Source: Candidatus Zhuqueibacterota bacterium (GTDB taxonomy: Bacteria; Zhuqueibacterota; Zhuqueibacteria; Thermofontimicrobiales; Thermofontimicrobiaceae). Taken from it: a stretch of DNA of 64,000 nt. A program made the position numbers and the translations under genes. A model generated the notes under the pieces. That model did not search any database and was not told the DNA's origin. It was given only the letters and a program-made list of their open reading frames with translations. This document shows positions 30,238 through 40,916 of the stretch, piece by piece; position 1 is the stretch's first letter, and each line of letters begins with the position of its first letter. Location: the NCBI GenBank assembly GCA_049322915.1, contig JBMOPW010000016.1, positions 259,610-323,609 of the forward strand. Reading direction: 5' to 3'.

Positions 30238-30296
30238 CTTGTCTCCCACAAAGGTGACGAGCCAGTCGGTCGCTGGTTCAATGTTCGTGGATTGCG

Positions 30297-31442
30297 CTAA
30301 ATTCCGAATAGGTCCCAATACGACTCCAGATCAACAACCTTCCCCTCCTGCATGGCTTTGTCGATGACCAGCGCGGTGATGGAACTGATGAATCCTTCCA
30401 TGATGGAAACCGTGGGACACGAGCAGGTCGCCATGTTGTGCACCAAATCGTCGATGAGCAGCGAGTCGCCGCCGCCGTGCATGCTGTGTTCATCGATGTG
30501 GAAAATCTGCTCTTTCTCGTTCCGTCCAATGCGCTGCACACGGATTTTGCCGCTGTACAGCTCCGCTTCCAACGTGCCTTCCAGTCCGCACAGCAACAGC
30601 CGGCGCTGCTGAAAAGCATTGCAGCAATTGGTGTGAAACGAAACGCGCGCGCCGTTTCGGTATTCGAGAATAATGACCTGGTTGTCCTCCACGTCCTTTT
30701 CGCTCAAAAACGGATCGATGTCTTCCCAATTGTTCCAGGCGCGGTACATGGGCGGATCATCGTCCGGGCGGGACAGCTTGTCCGTGACCGGTTTGTTGGC
30801 TTGGGTGAAAATATCCAGCCCGGCAAACGAAGCCACGCGCGTGGGAATGCTGTTGATGAGCCAGTTCAAAATGTCCAGATCGTGACAGCATTTTTCCAGC
30901 AAATATGGGCCATTCTGGGATCGATGCCGGCGCCAGTTCCTTAAAATATAACCGCCGTGATCAAAATGCAAGTGTTCATTTGCTTCGGCTGAAATTATTT
31001 TACCCAGCATGCCCTCACAGATGAGATCGTAAATTTTCCGATAGAGCGGAGCGAAACGCAGCACAAAACCAGTCATGAAAAATGTGCCGGCTTTTTGATA
31101 GGCAAGAAGAATATCAATGCATTGCTCAATGGTGACAGCCATGGGTTTTTCGCAAAACACGTGTTTGTCGCGGGCAAACGCCGCCACGCAATGGTCGCGG
31201 TGGAGATGATTTTTCGAGCCGATGAAAATCCAGTCAGCTTCCACTTCATCGAGAATGGCGCTGTAATCGGTGTTCGTCGGAATATCCCGTCCGAACAGCG
31301 CGCTGGCAATTCCCAGCGCTGTTTCCGATTCATCGCTCATACCGCGCAGTTCGCAGATGTCGCCGTGGCGCGCCAGCATATCGCTGAGCAGTCGGTTCAA
31401 CCGCTCCCCGGTTCCAATGGCAATGATTCCGATCTTCGACAT
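30297..31442 (-). CDS. Gfo/Idh/MocA family oxidoreductase
   Basis: [31 protein letters not shown]. Confidence 0.9.
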   Translation of the reverse strand: MSKIGIIAIGTGERLNRLLSDMLARHGDICELRGMSDESETALGIASALFGRDIPTNTDYSAILDEVEADWIFIGSKNHLHRDHCVAAFARDKHVFCEKPMAVTIEQCIDILLAYQKAGTFFMTGFVLRFAPLYRKIYDLICEGMLGKIISAEANEHLHFDHGGYILRNWRRHRSQNGPYLLEKCCHDLDILNWLINSIPTRVASFAGLDIFTQANKPVTDKLSRPDDDPPMYRAWNNWEDIDPFLSEKDVEDNQVIILEYRNGARVSFHTNCCNAFQQRRLLLCGLEGTLEAELYSGKIRVQRIGRNEKEQIFHIDEHSMHGGGDSLLIDDLVHNMATCSCPTVSIMEGFISSITALVIDKAMQEGKVVDLESYWDLFGI

Positions 31443-31493
31443 GAGTTCCTTTCACGATATTTTGTTATTATTTTAACCTAAAAAAACTGAATG

Positions 31494-31557
31494 CCGCGAA
31501 GCCTCGAAGTCTCGAAGTTTTTAAAAATATTTTCTTCGAGTCCTGGCGTCTTCGAGG
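31494..31557. repeat. 8-bp tandem repeats facing an inverted counterpart
   Basis: ccgcgaag cctcgaag tctcgaag ... cttcgagt cctggcgt cttcgagg. Confidence 0.55.
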
Positions 31558-31576
31558 CGAAAAAGAACTGAACATT

Positions 31577-33679
31577 TTATTTGACTTGTCCCTCCCGAAT
31601 GAGGAGAAACGGCTCCAGGAATGAGGCTGTCTCGCGCTCCAGCGCGTCACACGGCAGATCAGCGCCTGCACATAGACTGAAGCGAAACGTGTGCTCCCCC
31701 TGATCGGTGTCATGCTGGGGATCGTCCGGCGACAACATGGTGGGGTCGTGGAACGCGTACAGGCTGGATCGAACCAGCGTCACCCGAAGCCGCTCCGACG
31801 TGCAGTCACAGGCGAATGCGCCGTTTTGCACGAGCCCCAGTTCACCGCCGGCCAGCGTTAATTTGAGCCAGTGATGCAGCGGCAGTTCCATACCGTCCGT
31901 TCGGCGCTGAACAACGCCCCCGGGCGCCTGCATGGTGAGACCTCTGATGGCGTCGTGACCGGGCGCGATTTCCATTTTCAGAATTTTGCGTCGCTCGGCC
32001 CAGTTCACTTTCACATCAATGTAAATCTGCGGCAGCTCGTTGTACAGCGAAACGATGACATCGATCCACGAACTGGAAAATGCCCATCGCTGGTAGAGCC
32101 TGGTCAAAACAGGGCCGGTGAGCTTTGACGATGAAATCAGGGAGAAAACGCCTTCAACGTCGTGATACGATGTAACGCCATGTCCCCAGGTGTCGGAGGC
32201 GTCGCTCAGCGCGAGGAATCGATACTGGTATTGCGCGCGAACCGGAGTCGTGACGGCGATGATCCCGGTTTGAACGGATGCTCTGTCCGTGGCAATCGAA
32301 TCCCCGGGGATAAAGTGCGCTGTTACATCCGGAGCTTGTGACTGCGGTGTAGGCTGGTCAAAATAATATGATTTGAATCCGCCGGCCGGGAGCGCATCCA
32401 CAAACTCCCAGCGCCGATTGGCGCAGCGGACGCTCGGCAGCACATCCTGGATCAGGATTTCTGCGCCGGTCTCGTCCCGAAACGCCGCACCGTTCCTGAA
32501 AAAGGACGACGATTCGATGGATAGCGGCGCGCGCACATCAACATTGAGCGAATTGAAAATGCGGAATTCGCCTTCGCGGATTTTCACCGGCTTCGTTTGG
32601 GAGAGCGATTTGAATGCGGAATAGGCCATGTTCCGCCAGGCATCCGCCACGCTGCCGATTTCATCCAATGCCTGAGCCGCAGCGCTTGCGGCGCACGAGC
32701 CGGGCATGATGTCGTGAAACTGGTTGAATAAAATTTTCCGCCAATGATCTGAAAGATCGGGCGGATGTCCGCTGACGAGCGCCACAGCGCGCCGGGCGAA
32801 ATCCAGGCCGTGTTCCGCGCTGCGGATGGCATGCTTCACCGGGCGCATGACAGAATAGCAACCGACAGCATGGATGAACAGGTCCCCCTGATAGTCGGGA
32901 ATGTCGGAGCGCTGCTCCGCTTCTTTGAAAAATTGCAGGCAGGAGGAATAGCCAATTTCCCCCTCAGGTTGGGTGCTGATGAAGTGATTGTAAAATTCGA
33001 TCTCGGCAATGGACGGCCCTCCGCCGTGATCGCCCAGCCCGAAGAAATAGCAATTGACCGACCGGGTGCGATATTCCTCATCCTCCAGCAGTTTGAGCAG
33101 ATGGCTCGGATCGATGGCCTGCTGCGTGTACGAACCGTATTGCGCGTACATGTGTTTCAGCCGATACGCTAAAACGCGCCTGCCCTGGAATTCCCAGTGA
33201 AACAGATTGGCCGGCAAATCCGGTTTTTCCCGGATGTCCGGCCGGCAAAAAATGAAGTATTTGAATCCGCTTTCGGAGAGTATTTTTGGCAGGGTTGCCG
33301 GATGCCCGAAACTGTCCGGCAGAAAGGCAACTTCGATCTCTCTGTTGAAATGGGTTCGGCAAAATTTTTGACCAATCTCGGCCTGCTTGAGCAAGCTCGC
33401 TTCGCTCGGCAAATTGGTGTCGCTTTCCACCCACCAGCCGCCGACAATTTCCCATCGGCCCTGTTCGACGAAAGCCTGAATTCGGGCAAATAATTTTTTA
33501 TCGTACTGATTTACCCGGTGATAAAATTGCATGGAACTGGCGCTGAAAGTGAGCCCTGGATATTCGTCCAGCCGGTCGCAGGCCGAGCGGAATGTGTTGA
33601 TCACTTCATCGATGCCATCAAATTTATCCCACAACCAGACCGGGTCAATATGGGAATTCGCAATCAGGTGTAAACGCAT
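31577..33679 (-). CDS. Glycoside hydrolase family 38 (alpha-mannosidase-like)
   Basis: SHIDPVWLW, GGWWVESD, LPDSFGH, GDHGGGP, NQFHDIMPGS; no signal peptide. Confidence 0.88.
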   Translation of the reverse strand: MRLHLIANSHIDPVWLWDKFDGIDEVINTFRSACDRLDEYPGLTFSASSMQFYHRVNQYDKKLFARIQAFVEQGRWEIVGGWWVESDTNLPSEASLLKQAEIGQKFCRTHFNREIEVAFLPDSFGHPATLPKILSESGFKYFIFCRPDIREKPDLPANLFHWEFQGRRVLAYRLKHMYAQYGSYTQQAIDPSHLLKLLEDEEYRTRSVNCYFFGLGDHGGGPSIAEIEFYNHFISTQPEGEIGYSSCLQFFKEAEQRSDIPDYQGDLFIHAVGCYSVMRPVKHAIRSAEHGLDFARRAVALVSGHPPDLSDHWRKILFNQFHDIMPGSCAASAAAQALDEIGSVADAWRNMAYSAFKSLSQTKPVKIREGEFRIFNSLNVDVRAPLSIESSSFFRNGAAFRDETGAEILIQDVLPSVRCANRRWEFVDALPAGGFKSYYFDQPTPQSQAPDVTAHFIPGDSIATDRASVQTGIIAVTTPVRAQYQYRFLALSDASDTWGHGVTSYHDVEGVFSLISSSKLTGPVLTRLYQRWAFSSSWIDVIVSLYNELPQIYIDVKVNWAERRKILKMEIAPGHDAIRGLTMQAPGGVVQRRTDGMELPLHHWLKLTLAGGELGLVQNGAFACDCTSERLRVTLVRSSLYAFHDPTMLSPDDPQHDTDQGEHTFRFSLCAGADLPCDALERETASFLEPFLLIREGQVK

Positions 33680-33808
33680 GAGGTGTGCCCTCCTGTTCGC
33701 AGTCCGTACCTCTCGCCAAAACGCAGCGACTGGCCAGATGCTAAACAGTGAAGAAGATTCGTCAAATATCGACGAACCTAATTTAATATGAGAAACTTAA
33801 AATCAAGG

Positions 33809-33819
33809 TTAAACGTTTT
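33809..33819 (-). promoter_or_regulatory. Candidate LacI-family operator AAAACGTTTAA
   Basis: Core palindrome AAACGTTT; identical 11-mer at the BMC promoter (53342-53352). Confidence 0.45.
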
Positions 33820-33825
33820 GTCTTC

Positions 33826-33860
33826 AAAGCCAATCGCCATTAGCTAAAAGCCAATCGCGA
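33826..33860. repeat. Degenerate 7-bp tandem repeat
   Basis: aaagcca atcgcca ttagcta aaagcca atcgcga. Confidence 0.5.
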
Positions 33861-33906
33861 ATTCGGGTTTCTTGAAAGCCAAATGACGAAATGGAACGCC
33901 AGTCTG

Positions 33907-34977
33907 TCAATTCCGGATCAGATAGAGATCGGCCAGCGCATCGGCGGTCTGGTTCAGCGCCGGCTCGGCCCGATTGGTCAGAATGATGATGGAAAAATGA
34001 TCATCCGGGTAGCGCTGAATAATGGTGGCAAATCCGCACGTTCCGCCGGTGTGATGCACGCGGCGGTGGCCTTTGTATTCATCGATGCGCCAGCCAAAGC
34101 CGTACTCCAGTTTCTCTCCGTTTTGCAGCGAACCAGGGGTGAAAGCCCGTTGCAGCGATTCGGATGTGACCAGTTTTTCAGTGTACAAAACCTGATCCCA
34201 TTTGAAAAGGTCGACCACAGACGAGTAGATGCCTCCGTCGCCCAACACGGCGCTGGTGAGACTTTGATCCCTGGGTACCAGGACTCCGTCCTCCGCGGCG
34301 TAGCCAAACGCGCGGTGCGGCGCTGTCGAAATTCCCGCTTCAAGGGCCACCGATTGGGTCATGCCGGCTGGATCGAAAATGTGCTGCTTCAAATACTCGG
34401 CGAATCGCTGGCCGGAGATTTTTTCAACGATCATGGCCAGAACCGCGTAGCCGGAATTGCTGTAACGGTATTGGGCGCCCGGCGAAAAATAGGTGCTGTC
34501 CTGGGCTTTCATCATGGCGAGCACATCTCTGTCCAGCACCTGAATGGTGGCGGTGTCCGGGATCAGGGATTCGTAATCGATGAGTCCTGAAGTATGATTC
34601 AGTATCTGCCGGATGGTGATTTGCTTGCCGTAGTCGGGAAAGTCGGGGAAAATATCGGTCAGATGCTGGTCATAGCTCAACGCGCCCTGCTCGGCCAATT
34701 GCATGATGCACATGGCGGTGAATTGTTTTGTGAAAGAGGCTAAACGGAAATTTGTCGCCGGCTCGACCGGGACATTGTCCTCAACATGGGCGAGACCAAA
34801 GCTTTTCGTCAGAATTGGCTGACCCTGCTGAATCACCATCACCGAAGCGCCGGGCGTTTTGCCGGTGTAGGGCTGAAAGAGCGTTTCAACAACAGCGAGT
34901 TTGCGCGACGAACACCCTCCGAGAAGTAACGCGAAGGCAAGCAGACACGCAAAGATTTTTTGTGGCTTCATGGACAT
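33907..34977 (-). CDS. Serine hydrolase, beta-lactamase class C family, lipoprotein
   Basis: SFTK (SxxK), YSN, HTG; lipobox LGGC. Confidence 0.88.
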   Translation of the reverse strand: MSMKPQKIFACLLAFALLLGGCSSRKLAVVETLFQPYTGKTPGASVMVIQQGQPILTKSFGLAHVEDNVPVEPATNFRLASFTKQFTAMCIMQLAEQGALSYDQHLTDIFPDFPDYGKQITIRQILNHTSGLIDYESLIPDTATIQVLDRDVLAMMKAQDSTYFSPGAQYRYSNSGYAVLAMIVEKISGQRFAEYLKQHIFDPAGMTQSVALEAGISTAPHRAFGYAAEDGVLVPRDQSLTSAVLGDGGIYSSVVDLFKWDQVLYTEKLVTSESLQRAFTPGSLQNGEKLEYGFGWRIDEYKGHRRVHHTGGTCGFATIIQRYPDDHFSIIILTNRAEPALNQTADALADLYLIRN

Positions 34978-35095
34978 ACGTTTCTCCCTGTGACGTTCAC
35001 GAAAACATAATAATTATGAAAAGGCCTCATCCTGCGGTTTCGTTTTCCATACGATGCATTTTTAAAATGCATCGGCGCTGCGGCCCATGCGTTAG

Positions 35096-35884
35096 TTAAT
35101 AAGCGCGAACCAGTCCGCCGTCCACAATCATGGTCTGGCCGGTGATGTAGCTGTTGGCCTCGGAGCACAGGAACACAGCCAGCCGGGCGATTTCCTGCGG
35201 CGTGCCATAGCGGCCTAACGGGATTTGGCTGGTGACCTGGCGAACGACATCCTCCCTGGAAATACCTCGCGATCTGGCGTTGGCCTCATCGATCTGGTCG
35301 ACGCGACTGGTGGCAATTCGGCCCGGGCCGATGACGTTCAACAAAATGCCTGATGGGCCCAGCTCCTGAGCCAATGATTTGGTGAGGCCGACAATGCCCA
35401 ATCGAAACGTATTGGAAAGAATGAGGTTGTCCAGCGCGTGTTTTGTCGATGATGACGCAATATTGAGAATTCGGCCGGATCCATTTTTTTGCATCTCAGG
35501 GATGACATCGCGAATCGTGCGGATGTGGCTGAGCACTGTCAGTTCGAACGCGCTCAGCCAATCGGCGTCATTGAATTTGGAAAAAGTACCGGCCGGCGGC
35601 CCGCCGCTGTTATTGACCAGCGCGTAAATTGAACCGAAGTCAGCGATGGTGCGAGCGATGGTCTTTCTGATGTCGTCGGCAAGGGTCAAGTCGCACGACG
35701 TGAACGATGGCGTATTGCCCGTGGTTTCACCAATTTCGAATGCGGCGCGCGACAGCTTTTCTTCGGAGCGGGACGCTAACATGACGCGGGCGCCTTCCCG
35801 ACAGAATTCCGTGGCGATTGCTTTGCCGATGCCTTCGCTGGAGGCAAAAACAAGAACGGGTCTATTTTTCAGATACAAATCCAT
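35096..35884 (-). CDS. SDR family oxidoreductase
   Basis: [30 protein letters not shown]. Confidence 0.9.
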   Translation of the reverse strand: MDLYLKNRPVLVFASSEGIGKAIATEFCREGARVMLASRSEEKLSRAAFEIGETTGNTPSFTSCDLTLADDIRKTIARTIADFGSIYALVNNSGGPPAGTFSKFNDADWLSAFELTVLSHIRTIRDVIPEMQKNGSGRILNIASSSTKHALDNLILSNTFRLGIVGLTKSLAQELGPSGILLNVIGPGRIATSRVDQIDEANARSRGISREDVVRQVTSQIPLGRYGTPQEIARLAVFLCSEANSYITGQTMIVDGGLVRAY

Positions 35885-35987
35885 GGCACCTCGATTGTGT
35901 TACAGATGATGGAACCGCGCCCGGCCCGATGTTGCATTGTATCCGTCGAAAAAAACCTGCCTGTAAAACAGGAGTCTGCCTGCGGCG

Positions 35988-36866
35988 TCACTGCACTTTC
36001 AGATCCACGACCGGATTCATCAAAGGCGCGAATCCGTCGATGCGGCACTCCACGATATCGCCGTCTTGAATGTACACGGCGCCGGGCGTGCCGGTGGAAA
36101 TGATGTCCCCGGGCAGCAGCGTCATCACTTTGGAGTGAAACGACACCAGAAAGTCCGGCCGGAAATTCATGTTGGACACGACATTTCGCGCATGGACATG
36201 GCCGTTGATGACGGTCGCGACATTCAGTTTCATCACATCGTCGATTTCATCCGGCGTCACCAGTACCGGCCCGAAACTGAAGAATGTGTCGAAGCTTTTC
36301 GACAGGGTCAAATAGCGCGTGTTGCGGCGGAGAATATCCTCGGCCGTCATGTCGATGATCGTGGTGAATCCGGCCACCACGGACAGCCAGTCTTCCCGGG
36401 GCACATCTTTGCACATTTTCCCGATGATGATCCCCAGTTCGCCCTCGGCAGTGGTCTTTTCCGATTGCAGTGGAATTTGAATGGCCTCGTCCGGGCCGAT
36501 GATGGTGGTGTCCGGTTTCATGAAACTGCCCGGTTCGCCTTTGGGCGTTGTCTCATTCAGCTCGTCGGCATGCTCCTGATAATTCAATCCGATCCCCCAG
36601 ATTTTTCGGGGGTGCCGATACAGCGGCGCGAAATGCGCTTTTTCCTCGGCAATGGCCAGCGCTTTCAAATCGTCCCTGATCGCATCGATGTTCGACGTGT
36701 ACCAGGAACGCAGCGAAGCGATTCTCCCTGACCTGAGTAACTCCATAAAATCAACCGGCCATTTCTGACCAAACGTGTGGTTCACGGAGTCCAGCGGGAT
36801 GCAGCCTTCCGGCGTGTACAGGCATGCCTGTTCTGCTTTGTTGTGTTTGATGGTTGTCAGCCTCAT
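35988..36866 (-). CDS. Fumarylacetoacetate hydrolase family protein
   Basis: IGLNYQEH, EGELG, KSFDTF, GDIISTGTPG; start reassigned to ATG 36866. Confidence 0.9.
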   Translation of the reverse strand: MRLTTIKHNKAEQACLYTPEGCIPLDSVNHTFGQKWPVDFMELLRSGRIASLRSWYTSNIDAIRDDLKALAIAEEKAHFAPLYRHPRKIWGIGLNYQEHADELNETTPKGEPGSFMKPDTTIIGPDEAIQIPLQSEKTTAEGELGIIIGKMCKDVPREDWLSVVAGFTTIIDMTAEDILRRNTRYLTLSKSFDTFFSFGPVLVTPDEIDDVMKLNVATVINGHVHARNVVSNMNFRPDFLVSFHSKVMTLLPGDIISTGTPGAVYIQDGDIVECRIDGFAPLMNPVVDLKVQ

Positions 36867-37010
36867 TCCAGCCTCTCTGGTTTCGAGTTCTCCCTGTTCG
36901 CAGGGACGGTTACCGCCACACATCAATGACGACTTCTGCGCGGACTGAACATAGCTTCACCGGCCTCAGCGACTGGCGGTAGTTTTCAGTCCCGAACGCG
37001 GAACCATCCG

Positions 37011-38810
37011 TCAGATGACATGATCGGTCTGATAAATTTTATCGATCAGATGTTTGTAATGCTCTTCCACCACATTCCGTTTGATTTTCAGGCTGGGCGT
37101 GAGCTCGCCCTTATCGATGGAAAATGGCTCTGAGAGAATGGCGATCTTTTTAATTTTCTCGAATCGGGCGAAATCCCGCTGGTAATAATCAACCTCATGC
37201 CACAACAGGTTTTTCACATCCTGATGTTCGACCAACTCTTTGTTGTCGAAGTAATCGATGCGGTGCTGCTTCGCCCATTTTTGCACGGCTTCGAAATTGG
37301 GCACGACGAGCGCGCAGATGAATTTGCGATTATTGCCAATCAGGCAGATTTCTTCGATGTACTTGCTCGCTTTGATTCGATTCTCAATTGGCGCTGAGGC
37401 GATATTTTTCCCGCTGGAAGTGATGATGATGTTTTTCTTGCGATCGGTCAAATAGAGATAATTTTCCTCATCGAGATGGCCAACGTCGCCGGTGTGCAGC
37501 CAGCCGTCCTTGTCGATGACTTCGGCGGTCCAGTCCGGCCGTTTGAAATATCCGGCCATGACCGTGATCCCTCGCACCAGCACTTCCCCGTCGTCGGCGA
37601 TTTTCACTTCGACGCCTTCGATGGGCTTGCCGCAGGAACCGTAGCGCGACTTCCCAAATGGCGTCAGGGTGATGATGAGATGCGTCTCGGTCATGCCATA
37701 TCCCTCGATGATTTGCATGTCCAGACTTTCGAAGAATTTCAGAGTATCCACCGCCAGAGGCGCACCGCCGGCAATGGGATAGCGCAGTCGCCCGCCCAGT
37801 TTTTGCTTGATTTTCTGAAAGACGAGTTTATCGGCTAATTTGTAGCGGCGTTTCATGATGAACCCCAGTTTGCCATCAATTTTTTGGTCATGATAGGTGC
37901 GCCCGGTGCGCAGCGCCCAGTAGAAGATTTTCCGCTTGACCGGCGAGCTGTGTTCGACCTGCTCGACCACGCGGGCGGCGACTTTTTCGAACAGTCGCGG
38001 AACGCTGACAATGACCGTGGGCCGGGCTTCGGCCAGATCATCGATCACAGTTTCGATGCTTTGCGAGTAGTGAATGGTCGCGCCTTTGTACATGGGAGTC
38101 CAGTGCCCGGCCAGTCGCTCGTAAAGATGGCTGAGCGGAAGAAACGACAGGAAGATATCCGATTCCTGGATGTTGAGGCGCGCATCGGCGTTGACAATGT
38201 CGGTGATGAATCCCTTGTGATGCAGCATAACGCCTTTGGGATTGCCGGTCGTGCCGGACGTGTATACCATGCTGCAAATCTCGTTGCTCTCAATGGCATC
38301 CAGCGATTGGTCGAAGAACCCGGGGTTTTCCTGGCGATGGGCCTGGCCCAATTCAATGAGCTCCTGAAATGTCTTCAGGCCCTGCTCGTTGTCATCGATG
38401 GGCTGGAACGTGAAGATGAATTCCAGTCCGGGCAGCTTGCTCTTTATCTCAGCAATTTTGTTGTATTGCTCTTCGTTCTCGACGAAGATGGCGCGGGTTT
38501 CCGAATCATTCAGAATGTAGGCAATTTGATTGGCCGGCAGCGTCTGGTAAATGGGAACAACCACGGCCCGCAGAGACAGGCTGGCGAAATCGGCGATTGC
38601 CCATTCCGGCCGGTTGTTGGACAGGATGGCTATTTTGTCGCCGGGTTGCAGGCCAACAACTGCCAGACCGTGAGTGAGGTGTTGAATCTTCTCCCCAAAT
38701 TCCACATAGGTGTAATGCTTTAACGATCCGCCCCGTTTGAATTGTAAGGCAATTTTCGCCGGGTATTTTTCAATCGTGTTAAAAAGCATGTGGGGCACGC
38801 TTTGGAACAT
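37011..38810 (-). CDS. Long-chain fatty acid--CoA ligase (AMP-dependent synthetase)
   Basis: YTSGTTGNPKG, EGYGMTE, GWLHTGD, DRKK, ELTPSLKIKR. Confidence 0.9.
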   Translation of the reverse strand: MFQSVPHMLFNTIEKYPAKIALQFKRGGSLKHYTYVEFGEKIQHLTHGLAVVGLQPGDKIAILSNNRPEWAIADFASLSLRAVVVPIYQTLPANQIAYILNDSETRAIFVENEEQYNKIAEIKSKLPGLEFIFTFQPIDDNEQGLKTFQELIELGQAHRQENPGFFDQSLDAIESNEICSMVYTSGTTGNPKGVMLHHKGFITDIVNADARLNIQESDIFLSFLPLSHLYERLAGHWTPMYKGATIHYSQSIETVIDDLAEARPTVIVSVPRLFEKVAARVVEQVEHSSPVKRKIFYWALRTGRTYHDQKIDGKLGFIMKRRYKLADKLVFQKIKQKLGGRLRYPIAGGAPLAVDTLKFFESLDMQIIEGYGMTETHLIITLTPFGKSRYGSCGKPIEGVEVKIADDGEVLVRGITVMAGYFKRPDWTAEVIDKDGWLHTGDVGHLDEENYLYLTDRKKNIIITSSGKNIASAPIENRIKASKYIEEICLIGNNRKFICALVVPNFEAVQKWAKQHRIDYFDNKELVEHQDVKNLLWHEVDYYQRDFARFEKIKKIAILSEPFSIDKGELTPSLKIKRNVVEEHYKHLIDKIYQTDHVI

Positions 38811-38908
38811 TTTTTTCCTCCGTGTCTTTTTTAAAAAATTATTCGGTAAAATAACGATGGTGCAATTCAGTTACTTGCAGCCGGATCGCCCGGCTGATTC
38901 AACAGAAA

Positions 38909-40777
38909 TCAGCGAACGTCGATTCCCAACTTTTTCATTTTTGCCGGTGATGGAATCCCATTGGCGTCGTACCCGCGCAGCCGGTAATACTGGTTGAGCA
39001 TTTTGTCCAGCGGCACAGTCCATTTTTTCTCGTCGTGGCTGCGTGGTTCCTGAAGCAATCGGGCTGGCAGGGTATCATCTTTTCGGGAAATGGACTCGCG
39101 CGTGTTCATGTAGCGCTCCAGAATATGGATTCTCTCCCCGGCTTTTTTCAGGCGAGTTGGCGACATCCGAATGCCGGTGATCGCCTCGTAATACCGGCTG
39201 AACACGCCGACATCGATGAACAAAATGGCGATGGCCGGCAGTGTTCGCATCACCAGTTTCAGCAGAAATTTCGGAGTGAATTTGATGACGAACGCTTCCA
39301 TCACATAGGCATAGGAAGTGAACAGGCACGTGTACATGGAATTGATGGCGTTATACAGGTCTTCGAAAAATTTAACGTAGTGCGCCTTGGCATAGGTTGA
39401 ATCAGGCGACAGAAATCCCAAAAAAACTTCCAGTGCAAATGTGGTGGAAGAAAGATGACAAGCGCCGCGATTGGCCACGGCGTAGGAAAGTCCCTGTCCC
39501 CACGAACCGCGCGGATCGTAGGCGGCCAGTTCCATTCCCTTCACGTGCATGGCGAAATCCTTTCCGCCGTATTTCTCCGAAAGCCAGCGCGTGCCATTGG
39601 CCAGATCGTTGCCCAGACCGCGCCTGTGGGCAATGTCATCGAGCATGGCGTCGATGCCTTCGGCTGAACCGAATTTCAAGTTCGATTGCATCAATCCTTT
39701 TTCAGTGGCCTCCATGACGAATCCGAGGGTGACAGCCGACGAGATGGTATCCAGCCCCAGGTCGCCGCACAGGTCGTTCCAGCGGATGACGATATCGGTA
39801 TCGAAAATTTCCAGATTGGGGCCCAGCAGCGCGGCGGTCTCGTATTCCGGAATTTTGTGGGTGGAGCCGTCTTTCACAGTGCCCTTGTGCCCGCATAAAA
39901 TGGAACAGGGGATGCAGGTGCTCGGTTTGGAATTGTACTTTTCCGCCATGGTTTCGCCGCTGACCTGTGCGACGCGGGGATCGCTCCCTCGCTGGAAATT
40001 ACGCACCGGAAGAATGCCGCCGTCATTGCACAGGGTGAAATTCGCTGCCGTCCCGTAGCGACGATACAATTGCGAGGTGAAGATGTTGGCGTTGATCTGT
40101 CTGCCGGCCGTTTTTTTCACCCGGGAAAATAGTCGTTCATTCTTCGGCAGGATCTTGAATTCATTCCCGCGCGCGACCACGGCTTTAAGATTCTTCGCGC
40201 CCATCACAGCGCCGAATCCGCCGCGACCGAAAAACCGATCCCCGGAGCGAACCACAGCGTAGCGCACGAAATTTTCGCCGGCCGGTCCAATGACCAGCGC
40301 CCCGTCCGTTTTCTTCAAATTGAAATAGGACTGAGCGGCGACAGTGTCCTGTCCCCAGATTGGAGAGGCGTCTTCGAACCCAACGTTCCGGGCGTCAATG
40401 GTGACAGTCACCGGCGCGTCGGACTTGCCTGAAATCAGCAGCCCATCGAAGCCTGCGGTTTTCAGGGCCATGCCAAAAGGCCCGCCGCAGGACGATGAGG
40501 CGAAAATTCCGGTCAGCGGCGACTTGGTGGCCGCGGCAAAACGACCGCTGCATTGAGCGCCGGTTCCCATGAAAGCGCCGACCATGATGGCAATGATGTT
40601 TTCAGCCGAAAGCGGATCGATGCCGGCTTGCATGCGATCGTACAAAAACTTCAATGCCAAGCCCTTCCCGCCTAAGTACAACGCGCGATCTTTTTCCGTA
40701 ATCTGAAACTCGGTGATCTTCTTCGTTGTCAAATCGATTTCCAGGACGCGATTGCTCGTTCCGTAAATTTCCTTCAT
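38909..40777 (-). CDS. Aldehyde:ferredoxin oxidoreductase family protein (W/Mo-pterin)
   Basis: KSPLTG, IGPAGEN, GRGGFGAVMGAKNLKA, CxxCxxxC, PEYET, GLDTIS, YDPRG. Confidence 0.92.
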   Translation of the reverse strand: MKEIYGTSNRVLEIDLTTKKITEFQITEKDRALYLGGKGLALKFLYDRMQAGIDPLSAENIIAIMVGAFMGTGAQCSGRFAAATKSPLTGIFASSSCGGPFGMALKTAGFDGLLISGKSDAPVTVTIDARNVGFEDASPIWGQDTVAAQSYFNLKKTDGALVIGPAGENFVRYAVVRSGDRFFGRGGFGAVMGAKNLKAVVARGNEFKILPKNERLFSRVKKTAGRQINANIFTSQLYRRYGTAANFTLCNDGGILPVRNFQRGSDPRVAQVSGETMAEKYNSKPSTCIPCSILCGHKGTVKDGSTHKIPEYETAALLGPNLEIFDTDIVIRWNDLCGDLGLDTISSAVTLGFVMEATEKGLMQSNLKFGSAEGIDAMLDDIAHRRGLGNDLANGTRWLSEKYGGKDFAMHVKGMELAAYDPRGSWGQGLSYAVANRGACHLSSTTFALEVFLGFLSPDSTYAKAHYVKFFEDLYNAINSMYTCLFTSYAYVMEAFVIKFTPKFLLKLVMRTLPAIAILFIDVGVFSRYYEAITGIRMSPTRLKKAGERIHILERYMNTRESISRKDDTLPARLLQEPRSHDEKKWTVPLDKMLNQYYRLRGYDANGIPSPAKMKKLGIDVR

Positions 40778-40916
40778 TCATTCACTCGATTGAATTGTCG
40801 TTCTGTTGTGTCGCCGTCGAAACGTTATGGGGTATCCTTCAGCTATTTTTCTGTCGGTCATTTTTTTGGGTGCGTCGTGGTTGATCTGGATGATGTCGCC
40901 TCCGGTCTGAAAATTG

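Noticed and set aside
40779..40862. 27-codon minus-strand ORF ending just before the AOR start
   Set aside because: No RBS or recognisable features; could arise by chance.
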